DNA of 64,000 bases from Parasitella parasitica NRRL 2501. Taxonomy: Eukaryota > Fungi > Mucoromycota. Shown piece by piece: positions 24,478-36,656 of the stretch (position 1 is the stretch's first letter; every line of letters begins with the position of its first letter). The notes under the pieces were generated by a model. The model saw only the letters and a list, made by a program, of their open reading frames with translations. It made no database searches and was not told the origin of the DNA. The translations under genes and the position numbers were made by a program. The stretch is from the NCBI GenBank assembly GCA_025201805.1, contig MU619375.1, positions 22,880 through 86,879 on the forward strand, written 5' to 3'.

Positions 24478-26015
24478 TTACTTTTTGGAAGCAATCATAG
24501 CAATGATTGCAGCACCAAGACCAGAACCATCTCTAGCAAGGTCAAACTTAACCTTGGAACGAGCCTGCTCACCAAGGATTTCAGATAAAGCCTGACCCAT
24601 GTTCTTTTCGAAATTAGGATAAAACTCAAACAGAGAGCCGTCAATGGCAACAATGCACTCTTCACCAACCTTGCCAGTGTGCTTCATGACACCAGCAATG
24701 TGGCAAGAGGCAAGGCGAGCAGCACGGAGGCCGACAGTCTGACATAATTTTTTGACAATTTGACGGTCAGCCAAGGTAGTGGAAGCAATATTAAGAACGG
24801 ATTCCAAGATGTGGCCAGTATCAGACAAGTCAGAGGTCTCATCAACCTCAATGGTAGACATGTAGGCTGTCTCGAAGCTCCAAATCTTGTTCAATTCCCT
24901 GGAGGAACGGCCATCAAACAAGATTTGCTGATCAACCAAGTCAAGCAATGCATTACGAGTGATCTCACCAAGGTACATGCCAGCCACTGTCTTTTCGTAG
25001 TACTGCTGGTAGACATTGATAGACTCACGATCCAGCTTGTTATCGTAGACAGTCATAGGTAAGACACGACGTTCGCAATCGAAAGCACCGCATTCCATGT
25101 TGATAACCATCTCTTGGTTCTTGTCACCCGTCCATTTGTTCACCTTGCTCATATCTTCATAATACGACGCATTGAAGCCAGTGCCCATGATGACACCCAT
25201 AGTAGTGTTTGGATGTTTATAGGCGTAGGCCATAAGTGTACCGACGGTGTCATTGACAATCTATTTTTTTTTTTAAAGAGAAAAAAAAAATAAGTTGGTG
25301 AGAAAATGTTTCACTTTTAATCCGCATAGCATTTGTTTGAAATATTTTAAAACCCTTCTCAAACATGATGTGTTAACTTACAGCAGCAATATTGACGTTG
25401 ATGTTCTTGCGGCGGAAAGAATCTTGGAGAAGAATGGTGACATCCTTGCCAACAGCGCCAGAACAGTTGAAGCCTTTTGTCCATTGCTTCAAGACACCAC
25501 GGTTAATGGAAGTTTGGAGAATAGGGAAAGAAAAGGTGTAGCCCAATTGAAGGGTACCATTGTCATCAGTGCCATTCTCGGTCAAGAAGCTGTCCACGCA
25601 GTCTGCGATGAAATCGCAGAGGTTACGCATAGGGCCAACTTTCAATTCCTCGGACACGACGTACTTTTGTTGGCGGATAGTGTGTTCACCGCCACCCAAC
25701 AAGTTGACTTGGCATACACGCAAGTTGGTTCCTCCCAAATCAAGAGCCATAAAATTACCTTTTTCTTCACCAGTACAACGACCAGAAACAAAGGAAGGGA
25801 TCATGGCAACTAATTACAACCCGTCAATACCGAGAAAACCCCCGTTAAACTGTATAAAACGTACCAGTAGCACCTTGATGATCCAAACCCTTTTCCATTT
25901 CAAGTACAAATTGCTCTGTAATCTTTTGTAAACGCTCAGTAGTAACAGTGAAACGGTCAGTGACGGTCTTGACAGCGACAGCTTGGGCCTCGGTGAAGTT
26001 TTCGGTGGGAGCCAT
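24478..26015 (-). CDS. HXK: Hexokinase (3 exons)
   Basis: MIPSFV, ALDLGGTNLRV, LGYTFSFP, QWTKGF, catalytic IVNDTVGT, GTGFNASY, INMECGAF, DGSGLGAA. Confidence 0.95.
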
Positions 26016-26659
26016 GATGATGAAAAAAAAAAATGCAAAAGATATGTATGAAGAAGAAAAAAAGGTTGGGAATCAATGGAAATCACTTGGCTTTTTATAT
26101 GTGAGGGGTGATGCTATCCTAAAAAGGAAATAAAGTGTGGGTGGGCTCACTTTCCTTTTTTTTTCTACCGAGACACACGGAACACTGAATTGTAAAATGC
26201 GGGTAAAAAATAGTAGAAAAAATGATGGTTTTCCAAGTTTTTCCTGGAAGTTTTTCTCCATGCCACGACATTCGATTAAAAAAAAAAAGGAGCCAATTCA
26301 ATTTATTCCATGTAACATTTAATAGAATATTGCTTGTTGTCATCAAATATCACTGCTATGCAGAAAAATTCTGACACGCCCAAGAAGTTAAGACTACACA
26401 AAGCGCTTTCAAATATAGAATAGGGAAGTCCGTTTTTGAATGCAGATGGCTAAAATCATGTTAGATGATTTCCAATCCTTCCCGAGTACGATAGATGTTA
26501 TCTTGGGTTATATAGCATTTGCATGAATTTGTTTAAGCTCAAAGAAAAATTAACGCTCAAAATGAGCGGCATTTAACACACAACAGTAACTGAGAATGAG
26601 TGTATATCAAAGCTTGTGAAATATATTGGGTATACTTGCAACAATGACATCGATTCATT

Positions 26660-27530
26660 TCAGAAAATGGCATTAATCCAACCATAGTTCACAATATAAT
26701 GCTCGCAAAAGTTGATGTATAGGGTTGATATTGCTTGTTCATCAGTTGGGGTTTTTAAATTGTATGTAAACCAAGCCTCCAAAGGTGCCCGCAGGCATAT
26801 TTCGACGTAAAACGTCTGCAGGGAGGTCATTCTCGTTATAGCGAATAACACGATCTCCGAGCAAGTGAACTCTTTGTGCATGGAAAGTGACAACAACCTC
26901 CAGCAAGCCTCTGCTGCAATACTTTTACGAAACTTTTTCAACAAAGCAAGGTGACGGATACATGTGAATAAATCGTCAGAGAAACGTTTGAGATTGCTGT
27001 AAAGTGAAATGTCATGATTAACACAGTTCGCATAGAATCCACGATCGAGAAGGTGTAAGGTACATGCGTTGGGTTGTAAGCCAAAGCTTTGTAAACGTTG
27101 TAAACTGAAGGAACGTTTTTTATAAGTTTACCTGAGGTTACAGTGTCATCAATGGTACATTTTGCCTCAGCTGCAAGCTTTAATTTGTCGCTCACAACTT
27201 TTCCAAAGTTAGCTGATTCTCTAGTCGATTCTATGTGACAAGTGTCAATGGTTTTGGAGACTTGAAAGACAATCCTCCCATCGACCTTGCATCCCATTAT
27301 TGTGTGAACTCTTTTACTGCTGTTGCTGCGTTGGACCTCCGTGGTGGATTCAGTGGCATTTTAAGAAAAAGAATTTTTTTCATCACCAACCCACTGATCA
27401 TTCTTGAATATCTAACTGAAGTCGAGAATACCATTAAGGCAGAAACCGCAAAGGGCCTCTTCTTCATTTGATAGATTTTGATAGTTTGCGAATAGCTTTT
27501 TGCCGTGCGATTTTAATATTAAAGCAATTG
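26660..27530 (-). pseudogene. Degenerate fragment of a Mucoromycota PD-(D/E)xK-like (REase-type) repeat family gene; limits approximate
   Basis: MGCKVDGRIV...DTCHIESTRE...KVVSDKLKLAAEAKCTID fits the K-x-D...E...K-x3-D-x2-KL pattern; surrounding frames are broken. Confidence 0.45.
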
Positions 27531-27929
27531 ACAGACCATCGAAAAAGATTAGGCTGTCTCCTTCAACTACATTCTAAAATTGAAAGAAAAAATTAGGATA
27601 CATGGATTATGTAAATAAATATTATCACATATATGTTCAGAGGAAGCGGATCTCGATGTTGAAGCATGACTTGATTCTGCTTTGTTGTCCAATGCTTTTT
27701 GATACTCGGCTTGTCTCAATAATTTGTTACAATATTCCTAGCGCTCATTATACTATACCTAGAACTCGTCAACCTCTTGGGCATTTTATACTGTAATATA
27801 TACGTATAAAAAAAAATGCATAAGATTAGTCTATATACAAATCAAATTCAAATTTATGTTGCAGGAATATTATTTTCAAGCTGTTCTTGGATCCAGTTGG
27901 TGGCTTCAACATCGGCTACATCAAACTTG

Positions 27930-29235
27930 AATATGGCATGTTTCCTGGGGCTAAGTCGTTTACAAATCTTCGTAACATTGACGGTGAGTTGTATCACACT
28001 TTTCAAACTGCCACACGCGTTCTAGGATTTTTGGCAGATGCTACTGAATGGTCTGCAGCTATGACTGAGGCGTCTTTGTCGCAAATTCCAACTTCTTTGA
28101 GAAAGCTATTCTGCATTTTGATCGCATTAAGTGGTGTATCTGATCCCTATCAATTATGCTTAGATCATAAAAAAAGTATAGATGAGGATTACCTCCTTGC
28201 GCGTCAACGAAGTCCAAAGTGCCAGACGAGAAAGTGATATTGCGGTTGCTGGGGCATCGAGTGGAACTGTTGCATTGTTACTCAAAGGCGGACGTACTGC
28301 TCACTTTACCTTTAAGATACCTTTAAAAGTAGCCAACACTAGCATGTATGACGTCTCGCCTCGGTCTAACATAGCATCATTTATCCAAAGAGCAAACACT
28401 ATTGTTTAGGACGAATGCTCAATGATCAGCAAGAACTTTAAAGCAGCGGTTGATCGCTCATTTCGTGATTAAGTGAACGTCGGCCTTTCTTTCGGTGCCT
28501 TCTCTTGGTTTTTGATGGAAATTTTCGTCAGGTTTTGCGAATAATCCGTGGAGCCAGCAGATTGGTTATTGTTTGGCAGTGCTTCTTGAACAAAGCCAGC
28601 TTTTGGCCATTGGTAATCTCAATGCGATTGCGTTCAAATATGGGAGTTCAACAGACTCTTCAAACTGACAATCCAAGTCTTGCTAATGAACTTCAACAAT
28701 TTGCTAATTATCTACTTCAGTTTGGTCAAGATACTGTTTCTACAATTAGTCTGCCCAGAGACATACCTTCAGATTTTATTCAAATTCCTGAGGAGATGCT
28801 CGTATCTGGAGATAATTCGATTAATTTGATAAGAAGCATATTCTTCGATATTGTCACTGTGGCTAACAGTCTTGATTACTCTGTTGGGAGGGCCACCTTG
28901 ACTGCAAGAAACAGAGATGTCAAGGTGATAAACGATATATACTCTTGGAGTGCATTCAAGGGCGCAAAATGTCGTACGTCAGTAGTGATCAAGCCTGCGA
29001 AGATGAATCTCAATTGACAATGTCGGTTGAGATACTTAACACCACCGAAAATGGGACTTTGCCTTTCCATGTTCTTGATTTGAAAATTGGCGCAATCAGA
29101 AATATTGATCCTGCTGGTGACTTCTGCAATGGTACGAGGTTAACCGTCGTTAACTCATTGATGACGAGTGTCATCGAAGCAATCATTGCTACCGGGCCCA
29201 ATGGTGGCAACATTGACGTTCTTGATTTAACATAA
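27930..29235 (+). mobile_element. Degenerate Helitron Rep/PIF1 helicase fragment (copy 1)
   Basis: GAKSFTNLRNIDGELYHTFQ...LRKLFCILI; ASSGTVALLLKGGRTAHFTFKIPL; *DECSMI; DGNFRQVL; LPFHVLDLKIG..RNIDP..FCNGTRL. Stops, frameshifts and no Walker A. Confidence 0.88.
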
Positions 29236-29499
29236 AATGGAGTCATTCCAAAACGCTTCAAGTTTGTAATTCAAGATATATGCTCCAATTATAACATGTT
29301 GCTTGCCTTGAAACTGCAAGATGAAGAGTATCAAGTTATACAAAGAATCAGCAGCTGCCAAACCAAAGAGCGATTATATAATGCAGAAAATGACATAAAT
29401 CCTTATATAATACTTTAGAACTTTCTTACATCAGATTGGCCACACAAAAACTGTTAGTATATAGCTTGGTTAATTGCTATTTTATTGATATATCACCCC

Positions 29500-29900
29500 C
29501 AACCAGATGCAATATTCTATACAGCGATGTTTTTATACCAGAGCATCGCAAGGATTGGTATAGGACAAATGTATATGGCGACCTTTTTGACTTTATTTTC
29601 AGTGTCAAATCTGATTATGAGACGAAACGGTAAGACTAATACATCTAAAAAGGAAGTATCCTAAATTTCTGTCTTTTAGTTCTGAATGCCATTCTCAAGT
29701 AATTAGATCACTGCGAACAATGGGAATCTTACCTCCACAACAGAAAAACGTTAAACTGGATTTTATTTTCAATCATGCAGCTGGTTTGAACGATGGTTTC
29801 TCCTGCGAGGGTAAACCGACATCTAAAAAAAAAGTGTCAAGGATAACAAAAAGGCAAAGGACATGGAACCAAAATGGATTGGGCTGCATGCTATGGAGCT
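29500..29900 (+). pseudogene. Intron-containing fragment of an REase-like Mucorales gene family, between two Helitron pieces
   Basis: KDWYRTNVYGDLFDFIF...YETKR|SECHS...VKLDFIF...DGFSCEGKP, joined by a GT-AG intron at about 29630-29679. Confidence 0.5.
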
Positions 29901-30279
29901 GGGGAAAACACTGGTCTATTCAGCAAATACACATCACTGAAGAGTGTACAAGCGGTTGTAAATAAAAAGAATAAACACGCTTTTCATACCGCAAAGTGTG
30001 GGCAGATAGTTGTTTTATTTATAGAATGATAAATGCGACGTTATCTTGAAATTAATGAAAGCATGATTAAACTTCTTATAGGCTTTATTAGGTTGAAAAA
30101 TCTTTGAAAAATCTTAATATGCTCAGTTCGAATAGCAGAGAAGAGAATAGGATATAACATATTTATTATGAGCTTTGATAGCTTAAAATTAATTTTAGCT
30201 ATTAGATGGTCATCTTGCGGAAGAGAGGGCCATAGCAAAATCACTCATAGAAAGTATGCTATGAACCCAATTAATACCG

Positions 30280-30922
30280 CCATTGATCCTCCAGAAATGA
30301 TGAACGCCATTGACGTTGGTGGTCTTCCTCCTCATCTACTTAAACTTAAACTGCATTGTTCTATCATCCTGCTGAAAAATATTAGCCCTTCTACCGGTCT
30401 TTGTAATGGTACAAAGATCGATTATCGAGGCCCTCATCCCAAAAGTTATTTCTGCAAGAATCATCTCAGGTCCCAAAATTGGTGAACTGGTTCTTATTCC
30501 AAAAAACCTCTTTGAATTCTCCTAATGAATCCCCTATCAACTTCCAAAGACATCATTCTCGGATTAGGCTCGCCTTCGCAATGTCTGTAAGCAAGGCTCA
30601 GGGACAAACTTTGCAAAAGGTGGATTTATACCTTCCACCAAAGCCTGTATTTTCTCGTGGACAATTATACGTTGCTCTCTCGAGAGTCCAATTACGCCTG
30701 GCTCTACAAAAGCTCTGATAGAGCAATCTGAAGATGAGAAGCAAAAACGAATTCCACCCAATTGCACGCGAAATGCCATCTTTACCAAAGTCTTCAATTA
30801 ATGGCACCACACTATTTCCTCTTTTAATTTCATTTATTTCGGAGATGGACCCCGCGTAAACGAAGGTCGTAGCGTAGCAAAGGTCCAGAAATCGCCAGAG
30901 TGGGCGGGGGTGATCTGCTCGT
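30280..30922 (+). mobile_element. Helitron PIF1 helicase C-terminal fragment (copy 2) with GC-rich 3' terminus ending CTCGT
   Basis: GLPPHLLKLK...LLKNISPSTGLCNGTK; IRLAFAMSVSKAQGQTLQKVDLYL..PVFSRGQLYVALSRV; GC-rich tail at 30842-30922. Confidence 0.88.
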
Positions 30923-31021
30923 TTCGATGTATAAATTGTTTACGAAATCAAAACAAAACCCTTTTTTTTTTAACGTTTTTTGTTTTGTTTTCTGTATTGT
31001 TTTTGTTCTGTTATAAAGAAA

Positions 31022-32805
31022 ATGAGCTTTCTCTTACGGCCTTTAGCAAGGCATGCCAGGTTTTATTCTACTAAAACCTTGGTTCAACTGGAAAATGCTC
31101 AGGTCTACCGTTACGGAGTCAAGGAACCGGCTTTCAAGAACCTCTCCCTGATAATGAAAGATGACCAGCGTCTAGTAATTGTTGGTCCTGTCAGTGCAGG
31201 AAAAACAACATTGGCTGAAGTATATGCCAAAGCTTATATTTTTTTTGACATTGGGGAAAATGGACTACTAACGATCTTAAATTGTAGACAATCGCAGGTC
31301 GACACTCTATTCAACCTCTTGGTGCCGGAAAATGGCCTATTATTGACCCTTCTTTATCGCCTTATGCATCAGACCATGTCCATTTAGTTTCGTTCAAGGA
31401 GAATTCTGGCACGTTTTCTTACAGCAAGCATTATTACCAGGAGCGCTTCAATTTCAGGTAAATTTGTAAAGCAGAGGGATCTCGGGTCTGATGTTGATAG
31501 TCCATATAACACGTAGCGACCCAGACAATGATTTGACTTTGCAGCAATACTTGAATGGTGGTGGTGAAATAGACAACCCCCAAGACATACAAAAAATTGC
31601 ACAACAGCTGAATATCGATCATTTGCTGAAGCTCTCGTTTGTCAAACTGTCGAACGGTCAAACAAGACGCGCACGCATTGCAAAAGCACTGTTGAAAAAG
31701 CCATCCATGCTCGTATTAGATGAGCCCTTAAGTAAGTGTTGCCCATCTGTGCAAATAGTGCATTCCAAGTTCTGAAGGAATTTTTTTTTTTATTATTTGC
31801 ACAAAAGTGGGTTTAGACGTTCAACATCGCCAGCATTTATTAAAAGTGCTGGGTAATCTGACCACCGAGTCGTCCGTGCCCGTTGTTCTCGTTTTGCGTC
31901 CTCAAGATGAGTTCCCTTCCTGGGCGACTGATGTGATTGAATTGAGGAACATGGCCATTCAATGGAAAGGAAACCCGTCAGAGTATCAAGAAAGAAGAGC
32001 TATACAACTCGAGTCTGTAAAATCAGACAACACCTCTGTACAGACTGTGGATACGAGCAACAATGAGCCCATCGTTGAAATGAAGAACGTCAAGGTTACT
32101 TACAGCGGCAACCCTATTTTGCGCGACATAACTTGGACTGTAAGGAAGGGTGAGCGCTGGGCACTGCTGGGGCCAAATGGCTCAGGCAAAACAACCCTTT
32201 TGTCCTTCCTGACCGGTGATCATCCTCAGGCTTATGCAAACGAGTTGTCCTTATTTGGCCGTCGTCGTGGCACAGGCGAATCCATTTGGGAAATCAAACA
32301 ACGAGTAGGATTGGTCAGCCCTGAAATCCATTTATACTTTAATCAGAATCTGACAGCTTTGGAAGCTGCAGGTACAGGATTTTTCGATGTCGTCGTCCCT
32401 CGATCCATCAATCAAGATCAAACTCGCACCATTAGACGTCTATTCGCAGAGTTTGGCATCGATGCCATGTTGAACCGAAAACTACAGGATATGTCTACAG
32501 GCGAGCAACGCATGGTTTTACTTGTGCGATCTTTGGTAAGCGTCTAAAATGCACCACTAATATATATATATTTATAAAGGCCTATTCATTTACGCTGTAA
32601 ATAGGTGAAAATGCCCGATTTGATCATCTGGGATGAGCCTTTCCAGGGACTAGATGATACAATGATCCACAATGTGAATGGGTGGTTGGAGCAGCACATG
32701 AGGCCTGATCAAACACTTATTATGGTAAGCCATCATGAAGAAGAGATACCCAGCGCAGTCAGCAAACGATTCAAACTTGGTCCAGGAGGAGTCCAGGTCA
32801 AGTAA
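31022..32805 (+). CDS. Soluble twin-NBD ABC ATPase of the ModF/Ydr061w type with probable mitochondrial presequence, 5 exons
   Basis: MSFLLRPLARHARFYST; Walker A GPVSAGKTT and GPNGSGKTT; LSNGQTRRARIA; LDEP; GDHPQAYAN; IWEIKQRVGLVSPEIH; no transmembrane segments. Confidence 0.88.
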
Positions 32806-32943
32806 ACCCTTTTATGATTATTATTATTGTTATTATTATTATTATTATTATGCGGTATCATGACATGTATTTATAAAAAGATAAAGAAGGATATATAGTA
32901 CAGAAAATCTAATCTAATAATGTACAAAGATGCAAACAGTGCG

Positions 32944-34052
32944 CTATTCGTCCAATCGCTGCTGCAATAATTTATAACCTTTGTGCCATTCCTTAAGCTG
33001 TTCAAGAACGATAAACGTTACAATTGTATGAGGTCCCAGTCTAACAAAAGCAGGCATCCATCCGCGGAATAAAGACCCAATACCCTCTGTCTTGATCATG
33101 TGGGCCATGATTTTAATAGGGTGTCTGCCATCGTGCAAATGCGCACTCATTATACGAGTTTTGACAACATCCAGAGGCGAACACACTGTGGTCGCCACCA
33201 ATCCCTACATGTATCAAAACGGATCAGCCAAAGTGACTCTCAGGACACATGCAGCCAACTTACCGCTAATAGGCTTGATGCGAAATGGGTCATTAAGCCA
33301 TCATGAAAATGCATCCTATCAATGAACGCTTGCTTGAACATATCATAACTGGACATTTGTGACACCGTAATAAGGATTGCTCGATGTGTACTAGATCCAA
33401 TGCCTCTTAAAAGCACTCTAGGCTTTTCCTCACGACAGATCCTAACCATACCATCCAACACATTTTTATAGTTTCTTCTTTGATTGGGTGGTAATTGTCC
33501 GTCGTTCTGCATACGCACATTCACAACATCGCTGGGGTTCCCGAATGCTCCTCCCAGTGCACCTGCCATGGTCGAGCAAAAGAGCAATTGCCGAACCGTA
33601 GGCTCTGTGGTCGGTATTAGTTACAACCATCGTTAAATCAGCAAATAGTCCGTAAACTCACTTTGGTCTCCAGCTACAGACCATTTGAACTGGTCGTATA
33701 ATCCAAATCGGATAGTTGAATAGGTACCTTGTCTTAGCAGACTAGCAGATAAACCGCTGTACAGGGCTTGAATTCCTTCCGTCTTACTGATTGTCCACAT
33801 TGTCTTGAACATGCGAGACGGACTTAGCAGCTTGAATTCTGACCATGCCGAACTGTTCTCGACCCGCAATGTTTGAAGCCTGACTTTTGCCAAGTCAAAT
33901 GGATGAGAGACAAACGTAGCAAGGCACGATGCTGCTCCTCCAAACCAAAACGGTGACTGTATTGATTCTGCTTTTTTAATAGTAGTAGCGTTTGAAGACG
34001 GAATGTTGACTGTTGCTGTTGAATGGGTGGTCGAAGGTCTAACCACAAGCAT
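32944..34052 (-). CDS. DIC1: Mitochondrial dicarboxylate carrier
   Basis: PFWFGGAASC..HPFDLAKVRLQ, GLSASLLRQGTYSTIRFG, NPSDVVNVRMQND, SPLDVVKTRIM, RLGPHTIVTF. Confidence 0.9.
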
Positions 34053-34074
34053 TGTATTCTGGTTATTAAAGTGG

Positions 34075-34111
<37 letters not shown>

Positions 34112-34646
34112 CAAATGTACGGGGTATCTAAAATTGTCAAAATATATAGGTACATTAGCCCAGGATCAAGCCTAGCCCGTCACGATAGTGGCACATTTGT
34201 TGCACGAATTGTAACCTCCATTGAATGGTATCCCGAGATTCTGTGATTAACGTTGAAATGACAGGTTTGCGTGAGAATGTAAAATGTTGAAATCATATGT
34301 TTATCTCAATTTATATGGAGAATACTCGGCTTTTCACTAGATGCACATTTTTACCATCAGCAGCGACAAAAGTTCATTTTTGTTACATGATGTTGCAAAA
34401 AAAGATCATCAGGGGCTCCTTCTCGTTTGATCGCTCAATTGATTGTTGTACGCTGTATTAGACTTGACTTTCAAAGCGCCTCTGTTTGGACTAGGCTCAT
34501 ATCTTACTTTGAAAGGATTAGTCAATCACACATTGATAATCTGTTCTAACCTAGGGCATAAACGGCTCGACACAAGTAAGACTCATTATAATGTATTGGC
34601 ACGTTTATTTTAGGAATTAAAAGAGAATAGTATAATCAAGTTCATT

Positions 34647-36517
34647 TTAAACGCCCTGAGCAATACGAGGCCAAGTTTCTCGAATCTATATATATATATA
34701 TATATGCAATAGAATGCATACAAAGAAATAATCTTTAGCATTCTAATAAAGATAACGAATATTAACAGCAACAAGTTATTCCTTACCTTTTCATACAGAC
34801 CAGGCTGTGATCTGTGTACACACAATAAGAAAAGCATTAGTATTTTTATTTTTTTTTTTACGCGAGTCTCGTGAATAATTAGTTTACCTTCTCAAAGCCT
34901 CAGGATCTTCAGCAAGGCAAACAAATGTTGTTGCTACACCACTTGAAATGACAGTGGCAATAGAAGAGAACATCGAAGCACCGATCAAGAAGCACACCAT
35001 GACAACTATAGGTGTCATGCCGCCATCACGGTTCCAAACGGGATTTGCTACTTGTAGGTAGATGAAGCCCAACAAACCACAAAGGACCCCTACCAGCAAA
35101 CCGCCCATAAACAATACATTACCAATCAGATTATCATTGATCATAGCTTCAATGCCTCGATCTTTGATCAAGGTCCACGTTCGTCTTGCGGTAGGTACGA
35201 ATGCTTGACCGTAGATGGCAACGCCACTGAAAGCGTAATAATTGAACCATTCCTATACAGTAAACATGTTGAGAGATGAGTATATTATTTTCAAGCCGAA
35301 ATCCTGTGTGTAAAAATGCCAAACTTACAAACAAACCAGCTGCACAATTTACGAGACATTGAACAATGCAAATAAAGAAAGCCATGCATGCGTTATCTGT
35401 ATTGGCTCTTGCAATGGACAAAAAGTACCGAATAAGGTTGACAAAGGCAATGAGCAAAGCGCCAAAGCAAATAGAGCCAAAGCTGGTGGTCAATGCACGC
35501 TTGGCGCTTCCCCAAACAGGATGACGGATGCCATCATTTAAAAAGTAAACCGTTGCAAAGATGCCGGCCAACGTAACATGAGTGAAATACGTGATGACTT
35601 GACTGGTCCAATAGAATGAAAACACAAGAAATACCATTGCGCAGTTCAACTGGGAATTATTGCTACTGGAACTATACCAAGCTTGGTAGATGCCGATCGT
35701 TGTAAACATGAACAGAAAACTGAAGGCGGTTTGAATGATGAGCGAGATGATGCCAATGACAATGGTAGATGGTCGACTTTTTGTAATACTGGTGATTGTC
35801 TGCAGCATGACTATATACATACGAAAAAGACGATGTTTGAAAAGACGCACATACTATATATTTACAACATATACCTGTTGCGAAAGGAATTCTGCTTTTC
35901 CACCAAAAGAAGCAAGCAACGTACAAGCATGAAAAGATCAAGAATACAATGGCGGCAGAATAATAGTGTTGAACAAAGTAGTAGATAGTGACACCAAAGT
36001 AGACAATGATGGACCCGATGAACGTAACCACAATCAATGGTTTTGGAAAGAGATTCGCTAGTATCAAGTAGAGGAAACTGATACCAAAGCCAACAATCGC
36101 CGAAAACCCAAATATTTTCAAGGTGGATGTGTCAAATGTCAAGCCAGGATAAGCGTTTTCAGACTGTACGCCGCTGTAGGATCCCTTGTGGTTTGTATAT
36201 GTTCGACATGCAACGACAGCTAACCCGATAAAAGCGCCCAAATTACAAAGCCAGAGTATCGTTGCCCAAACATCATTCCAGCCCTTTGCAGGCCTTATCT
36301 TTTCTGCTTGTTGTTGCGGTTGCTGCTCAGAAGGGTGAGGAGGAGGTGGTGGAGCGCCATAATTGGGAGGCGGCTGTCCGTACATTTGCTGTTGCTGGCC
36401 GTATTCTATATGAGCCTGGTCTTGGTAGTAGTTGTTCCCATCCATTGCAGGTGGAGGAGGATAATACTTGTGCTGATCATTAGGCAGATTAGAGGACTGT
36501 GAAGGCTGCTGATACAT
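34647..36517 (-). CDS. PNS1: Pns1 / choline-transporter-like (CTL) membrane protein, includes a 25-nt exon at 34787-34811
   Basis: P/Q-rich N-terminus, WNDVWA, KSRIPFAT, FSFYWTSQVI, RALTTSFGSICFG, KDRGIEAMINDNL, SGVATTFVCLAEDP; spliced end SQPGLYEK|IRETWPRIAQGV*. Confidence 0.9.
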
Positions 36518-36656
36518 TGTTTAGAAATCTGTAGAAAGAACGAAAGAAAAGATCAGAATTCAAGCTTTTTTTTTTTTTTTTTTTTATTAATTCAACAATG
36601 TTTCAAAATAATGTGGTGATACAAAGACATTCTTTACCGAATCGGTGCATAATCTT

